Below, piece by piece: positions 18,169 through 26,454 of a stretch of 64,000 bases of DNA. Position 1 is the stretch's first letter. Every line of letters starts with the position of its first letter. The position numbers and the translations under genes are program-made. The notes below the pieces were generated by a model. It had not been told where the DNA came from, did not search any database, and saw nothing but the letters and a program-made list of their open reading frames with translations. Where the stretch lies: the IMG/VR virus record IMGVR_UViG_3300016674_000066, one strand, 5' to 3'. The DNA is from a virus. Taxonomy: Duplodnaviria > Heunggongvirae > Uroviricota > Caudoviricetes.

Positions 18169-18840
18169 TCAGAACGACTTGCCGCCCTCTTTGACGCGGT
18201 TCTCGATCTTGTGGTCCTCGCGCACGGCGTTGAACTGCAGCTTCTCGCGGATGGCGCCGCCCAGGTCCAGGCCGAGGCCACCGGCCAGGTCGCCGATACG
18301 GATCACTGCATCCGCCAGCTCAACCTCGAGCATCGGGCGGTGCGGAAGCTTGTCGTCCTGCAGCCCCTTGCGGTGACCTTCCAGGCCCTCGGAGACCTCG
18401 CTGTGAATCAGTGCCAGCTTGGAACCAACCCACAGATTGAGGAACTTCTCAGGCCAGGAGCGGACGTCTTGTCCGGTCTCAGCGTCGATCCACCAGCCTG
18501 CGGTGTAGGCGCGGCTGTAGCAGATTTCCTGCAGTGCAGAGGCGGCGTCGCCGGCAATCTCGAAGTCGGTGGCAATGCGAGCCTTCTCGCCGTCGAGCTG
18601 GGCAGCCAGACGCTGCAGAGAAACGTATGCATACCGCAGATCCTCGGCCAGGCCGGCGGCTTCGTCGTTGGTTTCTTGATCGGGAACAGTGATGTCCTCG
18701 ATCAGCTTCGTCGCCATGAGCAGGCGCTCGGCGGGCGTCTTCGGGTTGATGACGGATTCGACGCCGGCGCGGAACTGGTCTGCGCCCTGGGTGGCCATGT
18801 CTGCGGCTTCGTAGCCGACGGTGGTTTGCTGTGCTTCCAT
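18169..18840 (-). CDS. MazG-like nucleotide pyrophosphohydrolase
   Basis: Motifs ALIHSEVSEGLE and ELADAVIRIGDLAG...LDLGGAIREKLQFN are typical of MazG/NTP-PPase EExxE helices. Confidence 0.75.
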   Translation of the reverse strand: MEAQQTTVGYEAADMATQGADQFRAGVESVINPKTPAERLLMATKLIEDITVPDQETNDEAAGLAEDLRYAYVSLQRLAAQLDGEKARIATDFEIAGDAASALQEICYSRAYTAGWWIDAETGQDVRSWPEKFLNLWVGSKLALIHSEVSEGLEGHRKGLQDDKLPHRPMLEVELADAVIRIGDLAGGLGLDLGGAIREKLQFNAVREDHKIENRVKEGGKSF

Positions 18841-18873
18841 GATGCTGGTCTTTCGATGAATCTGGTTGATGAA

Positions 18874-19683
18874 TTACTTGCCGACGTTGACAATGCCCTT
18901 GAAGTCCTGGGGCACGACGATGGTGTTCACCTTTCCGGCCTTGATGGCTTCAGCGATCGTCAGCCCGGCCTGAGCCTGCATGTAGGAGATGGCGTTACCG
19001 TTGGCGTTCAGAGCTGCCACGCGCTCGGCTTCCTTGCGTGCCGTCTGCACCTCAATTTCCTTGGTCTTGAGCTCGTTCTGAGCGCGCACCAGCTCGTTGG
19101 CGGAGCGGATGATGTCGTCGGACGGCAGGACGTTGCGCACCTGTACGGCGCCGATCGTGATGGCGTGCGAGAGCTTCTGCTCGTTGAGCTCGGCGGTGAC
19201 GATTGCGCGGATCTCGGCTTCGATCTTGGCTCGGTTGTCGGCTACCTCGAGCGCCTTGTACTGGCGGATCGACTTGTAGGCCGCGTTATTCACCAGGGTC
19301 TCGATGAACCGGAACATCAGGTAGATGTCCTCCTTGCCAACATAGTGAAAGGCCATCGACTTCTGCGTGTACAACTCATTCACCGATGACGGGTTGATGC
19401 TGTAGATCGCGGTGACGTCGAAGTCCTTGAGGGCGGAGTTGTCGGCCGTCAGCGGCGTTTTGTTCTCGATCTCCATCGCGATGTCGCGCACCGGGAATGT
19501 GAGCACCTCGCCGATGATGGTCTGGTTCAGTGAGCCTGGCTGGAGTTCGGATGGGTTGACGGTCTTGTCGTACTGGCGACGCAAGCCGACCTCGCCGGTT
19601 TCAATGCGAGTGCATCCCGCGAAGACAAAGGCGGAGATGATCGCCAGGAAGAGTGTGAGTGAGCGTTTCATGGTGATACTCAA
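18874..19683 (-). CDS. Lipoprotein with an SPFH/band-7 domain (a stomatin/prohibitin/flotillin/HflC-like membrane-scaffold family)
   Basis: Lipobox LAIISAFVFAGC, followed by a band-7-like domain and a C-terminal coiled coil. Confidence 0.75.
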   Translation of the reverse strand: MSITMKRSLTLFLAIISAFVFAGCTRIETGEVGLRRQYDKTVNPSELQPGSLNQTIIGEVLTFPVRDIAMEIENKTPLTADNSALKDFDVTAIYSINPSSVNELYTQKSMAFHYVGKEDIYLMFRFIETLVNNAAYKSIRQYKALEVADNRAKIEAEIRAIVTAELNEQKLSHAITIGAVQVRNVLPSDDIIRSANELVRAQNELKTKEIEVQTARKEAERVAALNANGNAISYMQAQAGLTIAEAIKAGKVNTIVVPQDFKGIVNVGK

Positions 19684-19856
19684 AAGATGGTGACGATGGC
19701 GGCCAGGGCGGCCGTGGCGGCAACTGCCGAAATGAAGCCGAGGCCGATCGCCTTGGCTGCACTGATCGCGCCTGACTTTGTCCAGCGGCGCCAGGTGGAT
19801 AGCCCCAGGGCAATCAAGCCCCAGAGCACCAGAAAGATCGCGACGTATCGGAGCAT
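19680..19856 (-). CDS. Small two-TM membrane protein; possibly an NfeD-like partner of the adjacent SPFH-domain protein
   Basis: MLRYVAIFLVLWGLIALG...; its stop overlaps the start of the SPFH-domain gene by 4 nt. Confidence 0.5.
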   Translation of the reverse strand: MLRYVAIFLVLWGLIALGLSTWRRWTKSGAISAAKAIGLGFISAVAATAALAAIVTIF

Positions 19857-19857
19857 C

Positions 19858-20070
19858 TCAGCGCAAAGTGGCCAAACCAAGGCGGTGCTGAGCAACCTTC
19901 TTGCGCATCTTGTCGCCCGGCTTGCCAGGCTTTCCAGGCTCGCGTGAGCGTCGCTGGAAGGTTGGGTGGCGGTACACCGGCTGCGGCATAGGGGGCGCAC
20001 TGAAGAAGCCGCCGGCGACTGCGCTGAACATGCCACCGAGCGCGGCAAACATCGATGCAATACGAGACAT
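19858..20070 (-). CDS. Small Gly/Pro-rich protein (70 aa)
   Basis: Strong RBS (AAAGGAGAAATCCATG); lies 1 nt from the downstream start codon. Confidence 0.45.
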   Translation of the reverse strand: MSRIASMFAALGGMFSAVAGGFFSAPPMPQPVYRHPTFQRRSREPGKPGKPGDKMRKKVAQHRLGLATLR

Positions 20071-20077
20071 GGATTTC

Positions 20078-20116
20078 TCCTTTGAAAAGTTGAGCCCCCA
20101 GTATACAACAAAATGT
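20078..20116 (-). terminator. Hairpin terminator or attenuator downstream of ssb
   Basis: Perfect 12-bp stem GTTGAGCCCCCA/TGGGGGCTCAAC, followed on the minus strand by TTTTC. Confidence 0.5.
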
Positions 20117-20132
20117 TGGGGGCTCAACAAAA

Positions 20133-20693
20133 TTAGAAGGGAATGTCGTCGTCCATGTCATCAAAGCCGCTGCTGCCGCTGTTGGCCTGCTGCTGCTGAC
20201 GAGGAGCCTGCTGCTGCTGGCGCTGCTGAGGCGCCGAACCGCGAGGAGCCTGGCCGCCTTGGCGCTGCTGGCCGCCGCCTTGACCCTGGCGCTGCTGCTG
20301 CCCGCCACCCTGACCTTGGCGCTGAGGCTGGCGCTGACCGCCACCGTTGCCGCCCTGCCCATCCTCATCATGGCCGCGCGGAGCGCCGGCGAACTCGATG
20401 GTCGCGATGTTGCCCATCAGCTTGTGGCCGGGCCCGTTCTGGCCTTGGTAGGTCTCGATGTGGATGTCGTCGATCACGACGTACACCTTCTGCCCTCGAG
20501 TCATGTACTCGGCCAGGTGCTCGGCGCGCTGACCCCAGAGTGCGCCATCAACCCACTGGGTGGGCCGGTTGCCGGATTCATCCTTGCGGCCGTAGTTGAA
20601 GGCCAGCGCCAGGTTCATGACGGCCTGACCGCTCGGCGTGTAGCGAAGCTCCGCGTCACGACCGAGGTTTGCGATGCCGATGAGTTGTGCCAT
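20133..20693 (-). CDS. ssb: Single-stranded DNA-binding protein
   Basis: OB-fold N-terminus, a Gly/Gln-rich linker, and the acidic tail DDDIPF. Confidence 0.9.
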   Translation of the reverse strand: MAQLIGIANLGRDAELRYTPSGQAVMNLALAFNYGRKDESGNRPTQWVDGALWGQRAEHLAEYMTRGQKVYVVIDDIHIETYQGQNGPGHKLMGNIATIEFAGAPRGHDEDGQGGNGGGQRQPQRQGQGGGQQQRQGQGGGQQRQGGQAPRGSAPQQRQQQQAPRQQQQANSGSSGFDDMDDDIPF

Positions 20694-20705
20694 TTCGTTT
20701 TCCTT

Positions 20706-20918
20706 TCAATAAAAAGTGGCAAGGTTGTTGTGCGCGGCGGACAGTCGGGCGAGACTGTTGGGTGCCTTCAGCGCTTTCTGCGCTTTGTCGACTGCGTCCT
20801 TATAGGAGACGGATCGCTGGTACGACCCGTTCTTGACGCTGTCCGGGATCTGCTTGAGCATGCGCTCGATGCCGTCCCGGTAGATCTTCAGCTGGTCAGC
20901 GTCGGCGCGTGCCATCAC
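20706..20918 (-). CDS. Hypothetical protein (70 aa)
   Basis: ORF track. Confidence 0.4.
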   Translation of the reverse strand: MMARADADQLKIYRDGIERMLKQIPDSVKNGSYQRSVSYKDAVDKAQKALKAPNSLARLSAAHNNLATFY

Positions 20919-21118
20919 TGAGGGCCGCGAGCGCGGGACCGCTTGTACGCAGACTTGAGCTGCAGGTGCATGGCGCGCACGCTGATGGGCTCATTGACCA
21001 CGCGGACGTGGCCATTGACCTTGGCCACCTTCAGCTCGCGATCGACGACGCCACGGTCACCGACCATTTCTTCGCGCGCCATCTTGCGCAGGCGCTTGGC
21101 GAGTTTCCCGTTCATCAC
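20915..21118 (-). CDS. Hypothetical protein (67 aa)
   Basis: ORF track; has ATGA-type overlaps with both neighbouring genes. Confidence 0.4.
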   Translation of the reverse strand: MMNGKLAKRLRKMAREEMVGDRGVVDRELKVAKVNGHVRVVNEPISVRAMHLQLKSAYKRSRARGPQ

Positions 21119-21774
21119 AAACCTTTCTTTGCCTTGACGGCTTTGATGCGATCCTGCAGCGCATCGACTTTCTGCTTCACCTCGGCCAGGAACCGGGTCA
21201 TCTCGACGTGGAGATTGGACAGACGCAACTCATCGCGCTTGACCTCGACGATGTGCAGCTGCAGCTCCGGCGGGAAGTCGGGGTTGTAGCTGACGAAGTA
21301 CCAGCTGTCGTAGCCGGTGACGTACATGCCGCCATGGACCTGCCACTCGTACTCGTCCGGGGGCTGATCGACCAGCTCCAGGTAGCGCAGGTGCGTGTCG
21401 GCGTCGGGGCTCTTGATCTCGAGGCCGGACTTCTTGCCAAGGATCAGGCCATCCGGCGAGGCGCCGCAGCGCAGGAAGGCGTGCTTCATGAAGCCTACCT
21501 CCTGGACGATCATGCCGGTCTCGGCCTCGAACGCCATGCGCGCAAAGGGCTCGCGCTCGTTGCCACGCTCCATGGCCGCCGACTTTCCACTCTTGATCAG
21601 GGGTTTCCCTGTGATGATCTCGGTGGCCAGATGGTCGGCGTACTTCTGGCGAGTGACGGAGGGCGCGCTGCCGCGACCCTTGGTCATGATGTCGCCGTAG
21701 CGTGATGCACTTGCGTACCCTGCGCGCTCGGCAAACCAGGCATCACTGCCCTGGATGATTTCTTCAGCCGGCAT
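21115..21774 (-). CDS. YqaJ/lambda-Exo-like phage exonuclease of the PD-(D/E)XK family
   Basis: QGSDAWFAERAG...SPDGLI...GLEIKSP; paired with RecT. Confidence 0.8.
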   Translation of the reverse strand: MPAEEIIQGSDAWFAERAGYASASRYGDIMTKGRGSAPSVTRQKYADHLATEIITGKPLIKSGKSAAMERGNEREPFARMAFEAETGMIVQEVGFMKHAFLRCGASPDGLILGKKSGLEIKSPDADTHLRYLELVDQPPDEYEWQVHGGMYVTGYDSWYFVSYNPDFPPELQLHIVEVKRDELRLSNLHVEMTRFLAEVKQKVDALQDRIKAVKAKKGL

Positions 21775-22675
21775 TGACAACCCCTTCCAGTACATCCTTG
21801 CGATTGAGCACGGCGCGCTTCAGCACGTCGTAGCCCTTCTTATCCTCAGCCTTCTTGGCGGCATCAACAGCCGCCTTCCAGACCTTCTCCAGCTCCTTCG
21901 TGGTGCGTGCATTGGCCACCTGCTCGAGCCAGTGGACCTGGTCGAACACGGCCTTCTCGGCTCCGGCCTGGTTGATGGGCGCCAGGCCCTCTTCGCCTTC
22001 GGTGTTGACGTGGTGGATGGCCGCGTCCAGGCGGTCGGTCTTGGGCCACATCTTCGAGCTGCGCTTGACGATCGTCTTCTTGATCATCTCGCCCTCGTCG
22101 GTCACCCATGGGCAGGACTTCTGCTTGCCGATCCAGGCCTTCCACGCTTCAGAGCGATCGCGGATGTCGTACACTTCGTCGATCGTCATGGTGTCCGTGA
22201 GGTAGTCGCCATCAGCAGTCTTGGCCACGCAGTACACACCAACGATGTTGCCGCGCTCACGATCGAACGGCTGGAAGTCGTGCGTCGGCAGCTTGTCCAG
22301 ACCATTCAACTGGAACAGATCTTTCTCGCGGACGATCTCGGCCTTGGCCCAACGCACAGAGCCGCTGGAAACAGCAAGCTCAACCAGACCCATGTAGCTG
22401 ATGTCCAGGCACACGCTGTTCTTGCGCGGCACCAGGTAGGCGTGCTTCTTGGCCGGGTTCAGCGACAGGCCGATGGCTGCCAGGTTGGTCACAGCATTGA
22501 CCACAGACTGCCGGTTGTTCAGGGCAACCTTGGTCAGGTAATCGTTGGCCGAGATGATCTGGATAGCGAACTCTGCCTCACGCTCGAACTTGATCGAGCG
22601 GTCGGACAGAACGCTGTTGAAGGTCGGGCCGACAGCGTAGATGTCGGTTTCGATGACCTGCAGAGCGTTGCTCAT
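21764..22675 (-). CDS. recT: RecT-family single-strand annealing recombinase
   Basis: Motifs AIGLSLNPAKKHAYLVP and ISYMGLVEL; lies adjacent to the YqaJ exonuclease gene. Confidence 0.85.
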   Translation of the reverse strand: MSNALQVIETDIYAVGPTFNSVLSDRSIKFEREAEFAIQIISANDYLTKVALNNRQSVVNAVTNLAAIGLSLNPAKKHAYLVPRKNSVCLDISYMGLVELAVSSGSVRWAKAEIVREKDLFQLNGLDKLPTHDFQPFDRERGNIVGVYCVAKTADGDYLTDTMTIDEVYDIRDRSEAWKAWIGKQKSCPWVTDEGEMIKKTIVKRSSKMWPKTDRLDAAIHHVNTEGEEGLAPINQAGAEKAVFDQVHWLEQVANARTTKELEKVWKAAVDAAKKAEDKKGYDVLKRAVLNRKDVLEGVVNAG

Positions 22676-22677
22676 GT

Positions 22678-23766
22678 TCAGATGCCTCCGAAGGAAAGGG
22701 CTTCGCCGGTCTTGACGATGTAGGACTTGGCCGTCTCGTCGTCGACTCCGAAGTGGGTTGCCACGGCATAGACCACGCGGGCGACGTCGGGGATCTGGTC
22801 GTCGAACAGGCGGTCTTCGTGGGTGGCACCCAGGTCAATAGGCGGCTGGCTGCCGACGGGCAGGGCGTCAAACGGCACGTCGTCGTTGAACGACTCCTCG
22901 GCAGACCAGGATTCTGTTGCCGGATTGATGGGCTCGCCTTTATGCAAGCTCTCAACAACACCGGTGACCACGGGCACATCACCTGACGGGTAAACCTTGA
23001 CGGCGCCGACGCCGGTGGTAGCAGCCTGATCGACAGCAGCATGCACGGCAGCAGATTGCGACGCTGTCAGCTTGGCCACCATGGCCTGCATCTCGGCGAG
23101 CTGCTGGCGCAGACGCTCGTTCTCGGCTTGCTGGGCGGCAACGCGGGCAGCCTCTTCTTCGCGCAGCTGGATCTTCGCCTTCAGGGTGTGCAGCTCTGAG
23201 ATCACCTTGGTGCGGGTGTGCTCGGCCTCTGCCAGGAACTCCTGGAAGAACTCGGGATTCAGGATGGCGCCAAGCCCAACGATGATGGCGTCGATGTCAC
23301 CAACGGACAGGCGGTCAGCCTCTGCGCGCGCCGTGGTGCCAGCAATGCGGGTGATCTCATCGCGGATGATGGTGATGCGCTCGGCTTCCTTGCGCTCAGC
23401 CTCTTCCTTCTCGCGCTGCTTGCGCTCTTCCTCGGCTGTAATCTGGGCGTCGATCGGATCTTCGATCGCGCGAACCGCCAGGGTGATGCGCTCGGCCTCA
23501 GAGTTGAGCGCCGTCTGCGCAGCCTTGATGCGGGAGGCTTCCTCCTTGCGGATGCGCTCGACGTTGTAGCGCACCTCGCGGATGGTCATGCGGGCCTTCT
23601 TGGCCTGATCCATGCCCTTGGTGGTGGCCACATCGAACACGACGTTCTTGTAGGTCTCGCTCAGTTTGGCTAGACCCTTGTCGACCTTGCTCAGCTCCTT
23701 GAGCGCCATGACGGCGAAGTTGTTCTTTGCGACGGAGCCCTGTGCTCCTGCAGTCTGCTCTTCCAT
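22678..23766 (-). CDS. Coiled-coil hypothetical protein (362 aa)
   Basis: ORF track; long E/R/K-rich heptad region. Confidence 0.5.
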   Translation of the reverse strand: MEEQTAGAQGSVAKNNFAVMALKELSKVDKGLAKLSETYKNVVFDVATTKGMDQAKKARMTIREVRYNVERIRKEEASRIKAAQTALNSEAERITLAVRAIEDPIDAQITAEEERKQREKEEAERKEAERITIIRDEITRIAGTTARAEADRLSVGDIDAIIVGLGAILNPEFFQEFLAEAEHTRTKVISELHTLKAKIQLREEEAARVAAQQAENERLRQQLAEMQAMVAKLTASQSAAVHAAVDQAATTGVGAVKVYPSGDVPVVTGVVESLHKGEPINPATESWSAEESFNDDVPFDALPVGSQPPIDLGATHEDRLFDDQIPDVARVVYAVATHFGVDDETAKSYIVKTGEALSFGGI

Positions 23767-23842
23767 TTGAACTCCTGTTGGTGGTTGAGTGACTGCAGTC
23801 TAACACAAAATGTTGGCCAGTCAACACAAAGTACCGGCCAAA

Positions 23843-24118
23843 TCAAATTTTTTTTGCGGTCAGTTCAAACATCTCGACGGACCTGCGGCCACGGGTGTCG
23901 CAAGCCTTCTCGTTGCACACGCGCACTGCGCCGGTCTTGGCCATGGATGAGGTCAGCTTGCTGACAGTGGAGGGGTGCAGGCCTGTGACCTGGGCGATGT
24001 CAGACCTGGAGAATGGGCCGCGCACCATCCTGGCCAGCGCGTGGGCAAAGGTGATGTGGGTGACTCGTGCTGGTCTTTGCTTTGACATGGCGTAATTGTA
24101 TGACAAAGCGTTATACAT
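23843..24118 (-). CDS. HTH DNA-binding protein; candidate repressor or regulator (the start may be the internal MSKQRP)
   Basis: Helix-turn-helix SRSDIAQVTGLHPSTVSKL. Confidence 0.55.
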   Translation of the reverse strand: MYNALSYNYAMSKQRPARVTHITFAHALARMVRGPFSRSDIAQVTGLHPSTVSKLTSSMAKTGAVRVCNEKACDTRGRRSVEMFELTAKKI

Positions 24119-24130
24119 GGAACAGAAAGT

Positions 24131-24207
24131 TGGAGCGCCCGGAAGGATTTGAATCCTCGACCTGGTGACTAGAATTCACTTGCTCTATCCAGCTGAGCTA
24201 CGGGCGC
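24131..24207 (-). tRNA. tRNA-Arg (anticodon TCT)
   Basis: Cloverleaf read by hand. Acceptor stem GCGCCCG/CGGGCGC is perfect; D-arm is GCTCAGCTGGATAGAGC; anticodon loop is ATTCTAG; CCA is encoded. The T-stem has one mismatch. Confidence 0.65.
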
Positions 24208-25830
24208 ATGTTGACGGTGGCCGGTGCTGATCTCCGGCTTAGCGAAATCAGATCAAGTCAACCAAGACAACTTGCTTGGCAACCCATCGCCACAGAACTT
24301 TGCGCATCAGCCTGCGCATTCACCATCACATCAGCGGGCCGGGCTTGATACCGACTCAGGAAGTCATCGAGCGTGGCCGCCGATCACAAAGTCACGACGG
24401 TTGGGCCTCCTGCCTCACGGCTTGGCGTGTCCTTCCACGCTGCCGCTGGTGTGATGGTGCCGGTTACGCGATCCGGCGACAACGTGCCGATCAGTCGCCT
24501 GTGTGCGTGGCGACCGCTCGACCGTGACCGTTTTCAGACCCAGCGCTCCTACGCACAGGAGAGGGGCTGGATCGTAGAAAGTTTGCCGGTTACGTATCGT
24601 CCGGCACCGGGGCAAGGACGGCGAACCCCGATCGTTGACACATCTGCGTGCCGTCAAGCTGATGGTGCCAGTCGCACTGCCAGGCCATTGGGCAACTCGA
24701 AAGCCACCCGCACAACCGCATCGGTCCCGCAGCAAATGCTGTACGCGGACTGGAACTCCGTCAGGCTTTCGCCTTCACCATCAAGTGTGACGACTGACTC
24801 AGACCGATGGGCGGCTGTGGCTAAGCACCCATCATGCATAGCATCAATCGTCACGCTTGATGGCCCGTTACTCACGGCACATCAAGGATGTCTTTCCATC
24901 AGTCAGAACCTGTTGGCCGGTGTTCACCGCACTCTAACGATATGGCGTTTTCGCATTGCCCGCCCAGGACCGGTCGCCTGTCGAGTGACACCCTTCGTGG
25001 ACATTTATAGACCGTCTTGAAGGATGAAGTCATCCAGTCTTTTCTGTCTGGCAAGGGCGATAGGACTCGAACCTATGACCCCAGGGATCAAAACCCCGTG
25101 CTCTACCAACTGAGCTACACCCCACCATCAAGTGACGACCGCCCTACTATGCCGAGGGCCCCGGCGGAGCGATCCCAGCGTTTCAACACGATCGTCGCTT
25201 GATGGCCCTATCGAAGCAGGATCACCAAGGAGAGTTTTTCAATCCTCTCTGCCCCAGATGCTTGGGCCTTACCGCCGTGCTCGCCCGCTTTCAGATTCAT
25301 CGTCTTCGGTACTTTGCGCGCCGAGGCGCCGCTTACCTACTGGCTTCACCTTACTTGCTTGACAGTCCGCACTCTTTGATACGCCAGGCCGGAATCGAAC
25401 CGACTCATCGCCACCGGTATGACGACGTGCTCCAACACACTCCAGGCGCGGGCCGCAGCGGTATCCAGCCACTGCGGCTTGATCAGTCATCATGAAGCCT
25501 CACCGGCCCGCTGCATCCCGACTTACCCTCGTCCGTCGAGACCGGGCATTCCCGGTTACTTCGCGTTAGGGGTGCCGGATCGGCTTCATCATGACTGACT
25601 CAAGTCTTCGTGCTCACAGGCCGTGGATACCACTGGCCACCTCAGCTCGCACGGAGAATGACCCGTGCCAATTGCGTTTGCAACCGCAGCCTCGGAGGTG
25701 AACACGAAGGCTTGATGGCCCGATAACGGGGGCCAGTCGGCTAAGTCAGTGTGTTGACCGCTTCAGCTCGCGGCAGGAGTCCGGGCCACTACGCCCCCGC
25801 ACACACCACACGGTATGAACCATGGGTGCG
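24208..25830. ncRNA. Leader of about 1.6 kb with no coding potential, containing repeated structured RNA-like modules and tRNAs
   Basis: No ORF with plausible codon usage. Recurrent motifs include GCTTGATGGCCC (3 copies) and CACCATCAAGTG (2 copies), and there are long-range helices with compensatory changes. Confidence 0.4.
25049..25124 (-). tRNA. tRNA-Gln (anticodon TTG) with a U1·U72 terminal mismatch
   Basis: D-arm GCTCAGTTGGTAGAGC; anticodon loop TTTTGAT; perfect T-arm ATAGG-TTCGAGT-CCTAT; CCA encoded. The acceptor stem forms 6 of 7 pairs, including 2 G·U. Confidence 0.55.
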
Positions 25831-25831
25831 A

Positions 25832-25859
25832 GTATACACACATTTTTTGCTACACCAAC
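25832..25859 (-). promoter_or_regulatory. Leftward sigma70-like promoter (P_L-like): TTGGTG-N16-TATACT
   Basis: Hexamers read on the minus strand; the operator palindrome CCAACATTTTGTTG overlaps the -35 element. Confidence 0.4.
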
Positions 25860-25984
25860 ATTTTGTTGAGTAAATGTTGTGCTGCGGCCACACCAAGAAC
25901 CGGGGTCTGACAGAGAGACCCGGAGCCGGTTGCCAAGCTCGCCTCAATGAGGCGCTCAAGAAAGATTGCCACACAAAAAAAGTG

Positions 25985-26014
25985 TTGGCAAGGCAACAAA
26001 AAGATATGTAGAAT
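25985..26014 (+). promoter_or_regulatory. Rightward sigma70-like promoter (P_R-like): TTGGCA-N18-TAGAAT
   Basis: Hexamers and spacing read directly. The half-sites AAAAAGTGTTGGC and GCAACAAAAAG flank and overlap the -35 element. Confidence 0.45.
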
Positions 26015-26085
26015 CAGCGCAGTGCAGGCGGATACTAGCATGCACGTACGTGGTTCTGTGACCACTATCACCGAAGGAGTAGCAG

Positions 26086-26451
26086 TTGAATACCCATCAA
26101 ACCAGCGCATCGCCCGCGCCGGAAACCATCTTCCGCGTCCGCGCCTCAGACCCAGTGACGAGCGTCATGGCTGCAGAGTCTGCCGAGATGTTCGCCGGCA
26201 AGCACAAGGACCGCATCCGGCTCGCCTTGACAAAGCTCAAGTCCGCAACGGCGCACGACATTGCCAGGGTCACCGGCCTGACTGTCGTGCAGGTTGACCG
26301 ACGCCTGCCAGAGCTCAAGCGCGATGGCGTCGCAGATGTTGTCGAGGCATCGCCTGGCGTTGATCTTCTGAGGGATGGGTTCCGTGTGTGGGCCCTGAAA
26401 AAAATTTCGACCGAAGAGCAACAGGAAGTTGCCGAGGCAACAGGAGTTTGA
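26086..26451 (+). CDS. Winged-HTH protein (TTG start); the first gene of the rightward operon
   Basis: RBS GAAGGAG; HTH HDIARVTGLTVVQVDRRL. Confidence 0.5.
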   Translation: MNTHQTSASPAPETIFRVRASDPVTSVMAAESAEMFAGKHKDRIRLALTKLKSATAHDIARVTGLTVVQVDRRLPELKRDGVADVVEASPGVDLLRDGFRVWALKKISTEEQQEVAEATGV

Positions 26452-26454
26452 CTG

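Noticed and set aside
19680-20371. ORFs 19680-20111 (143 aa) and 19814-20371 (185 aa) from the six-frame track
   Set aside because: They overlap better-supported small genes and the 3' end of ssb, and their composition is R/A/S-rich. Only the C-terminal 58-aa membrane segment of the first is retained as a real gene.
21755-22723. A plus-strand 322-aa ORF antisense to recT
   Set aside because: It is antisense to a well-supported RecT gene and has junk-like composition.
24131-25124. The tRNA genes considered as prophage attachment sites (attL or attR)
   Set aside because: They lie in the middle of the phage genome between the early promoters, the tRNA genes are full-length, and no integrase gene is adjacent.
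25380-25460. tmRNA or a third tRNA suggested by the GGTTCGATTCC T-arm-like element on the minus strand
   Set aside because: No complete cloverleaf could be folded by hand, and I found no tag-peptide reading frame ending in ALAA-stop. It is kept only as a tRNA-like fragment within the structured region.
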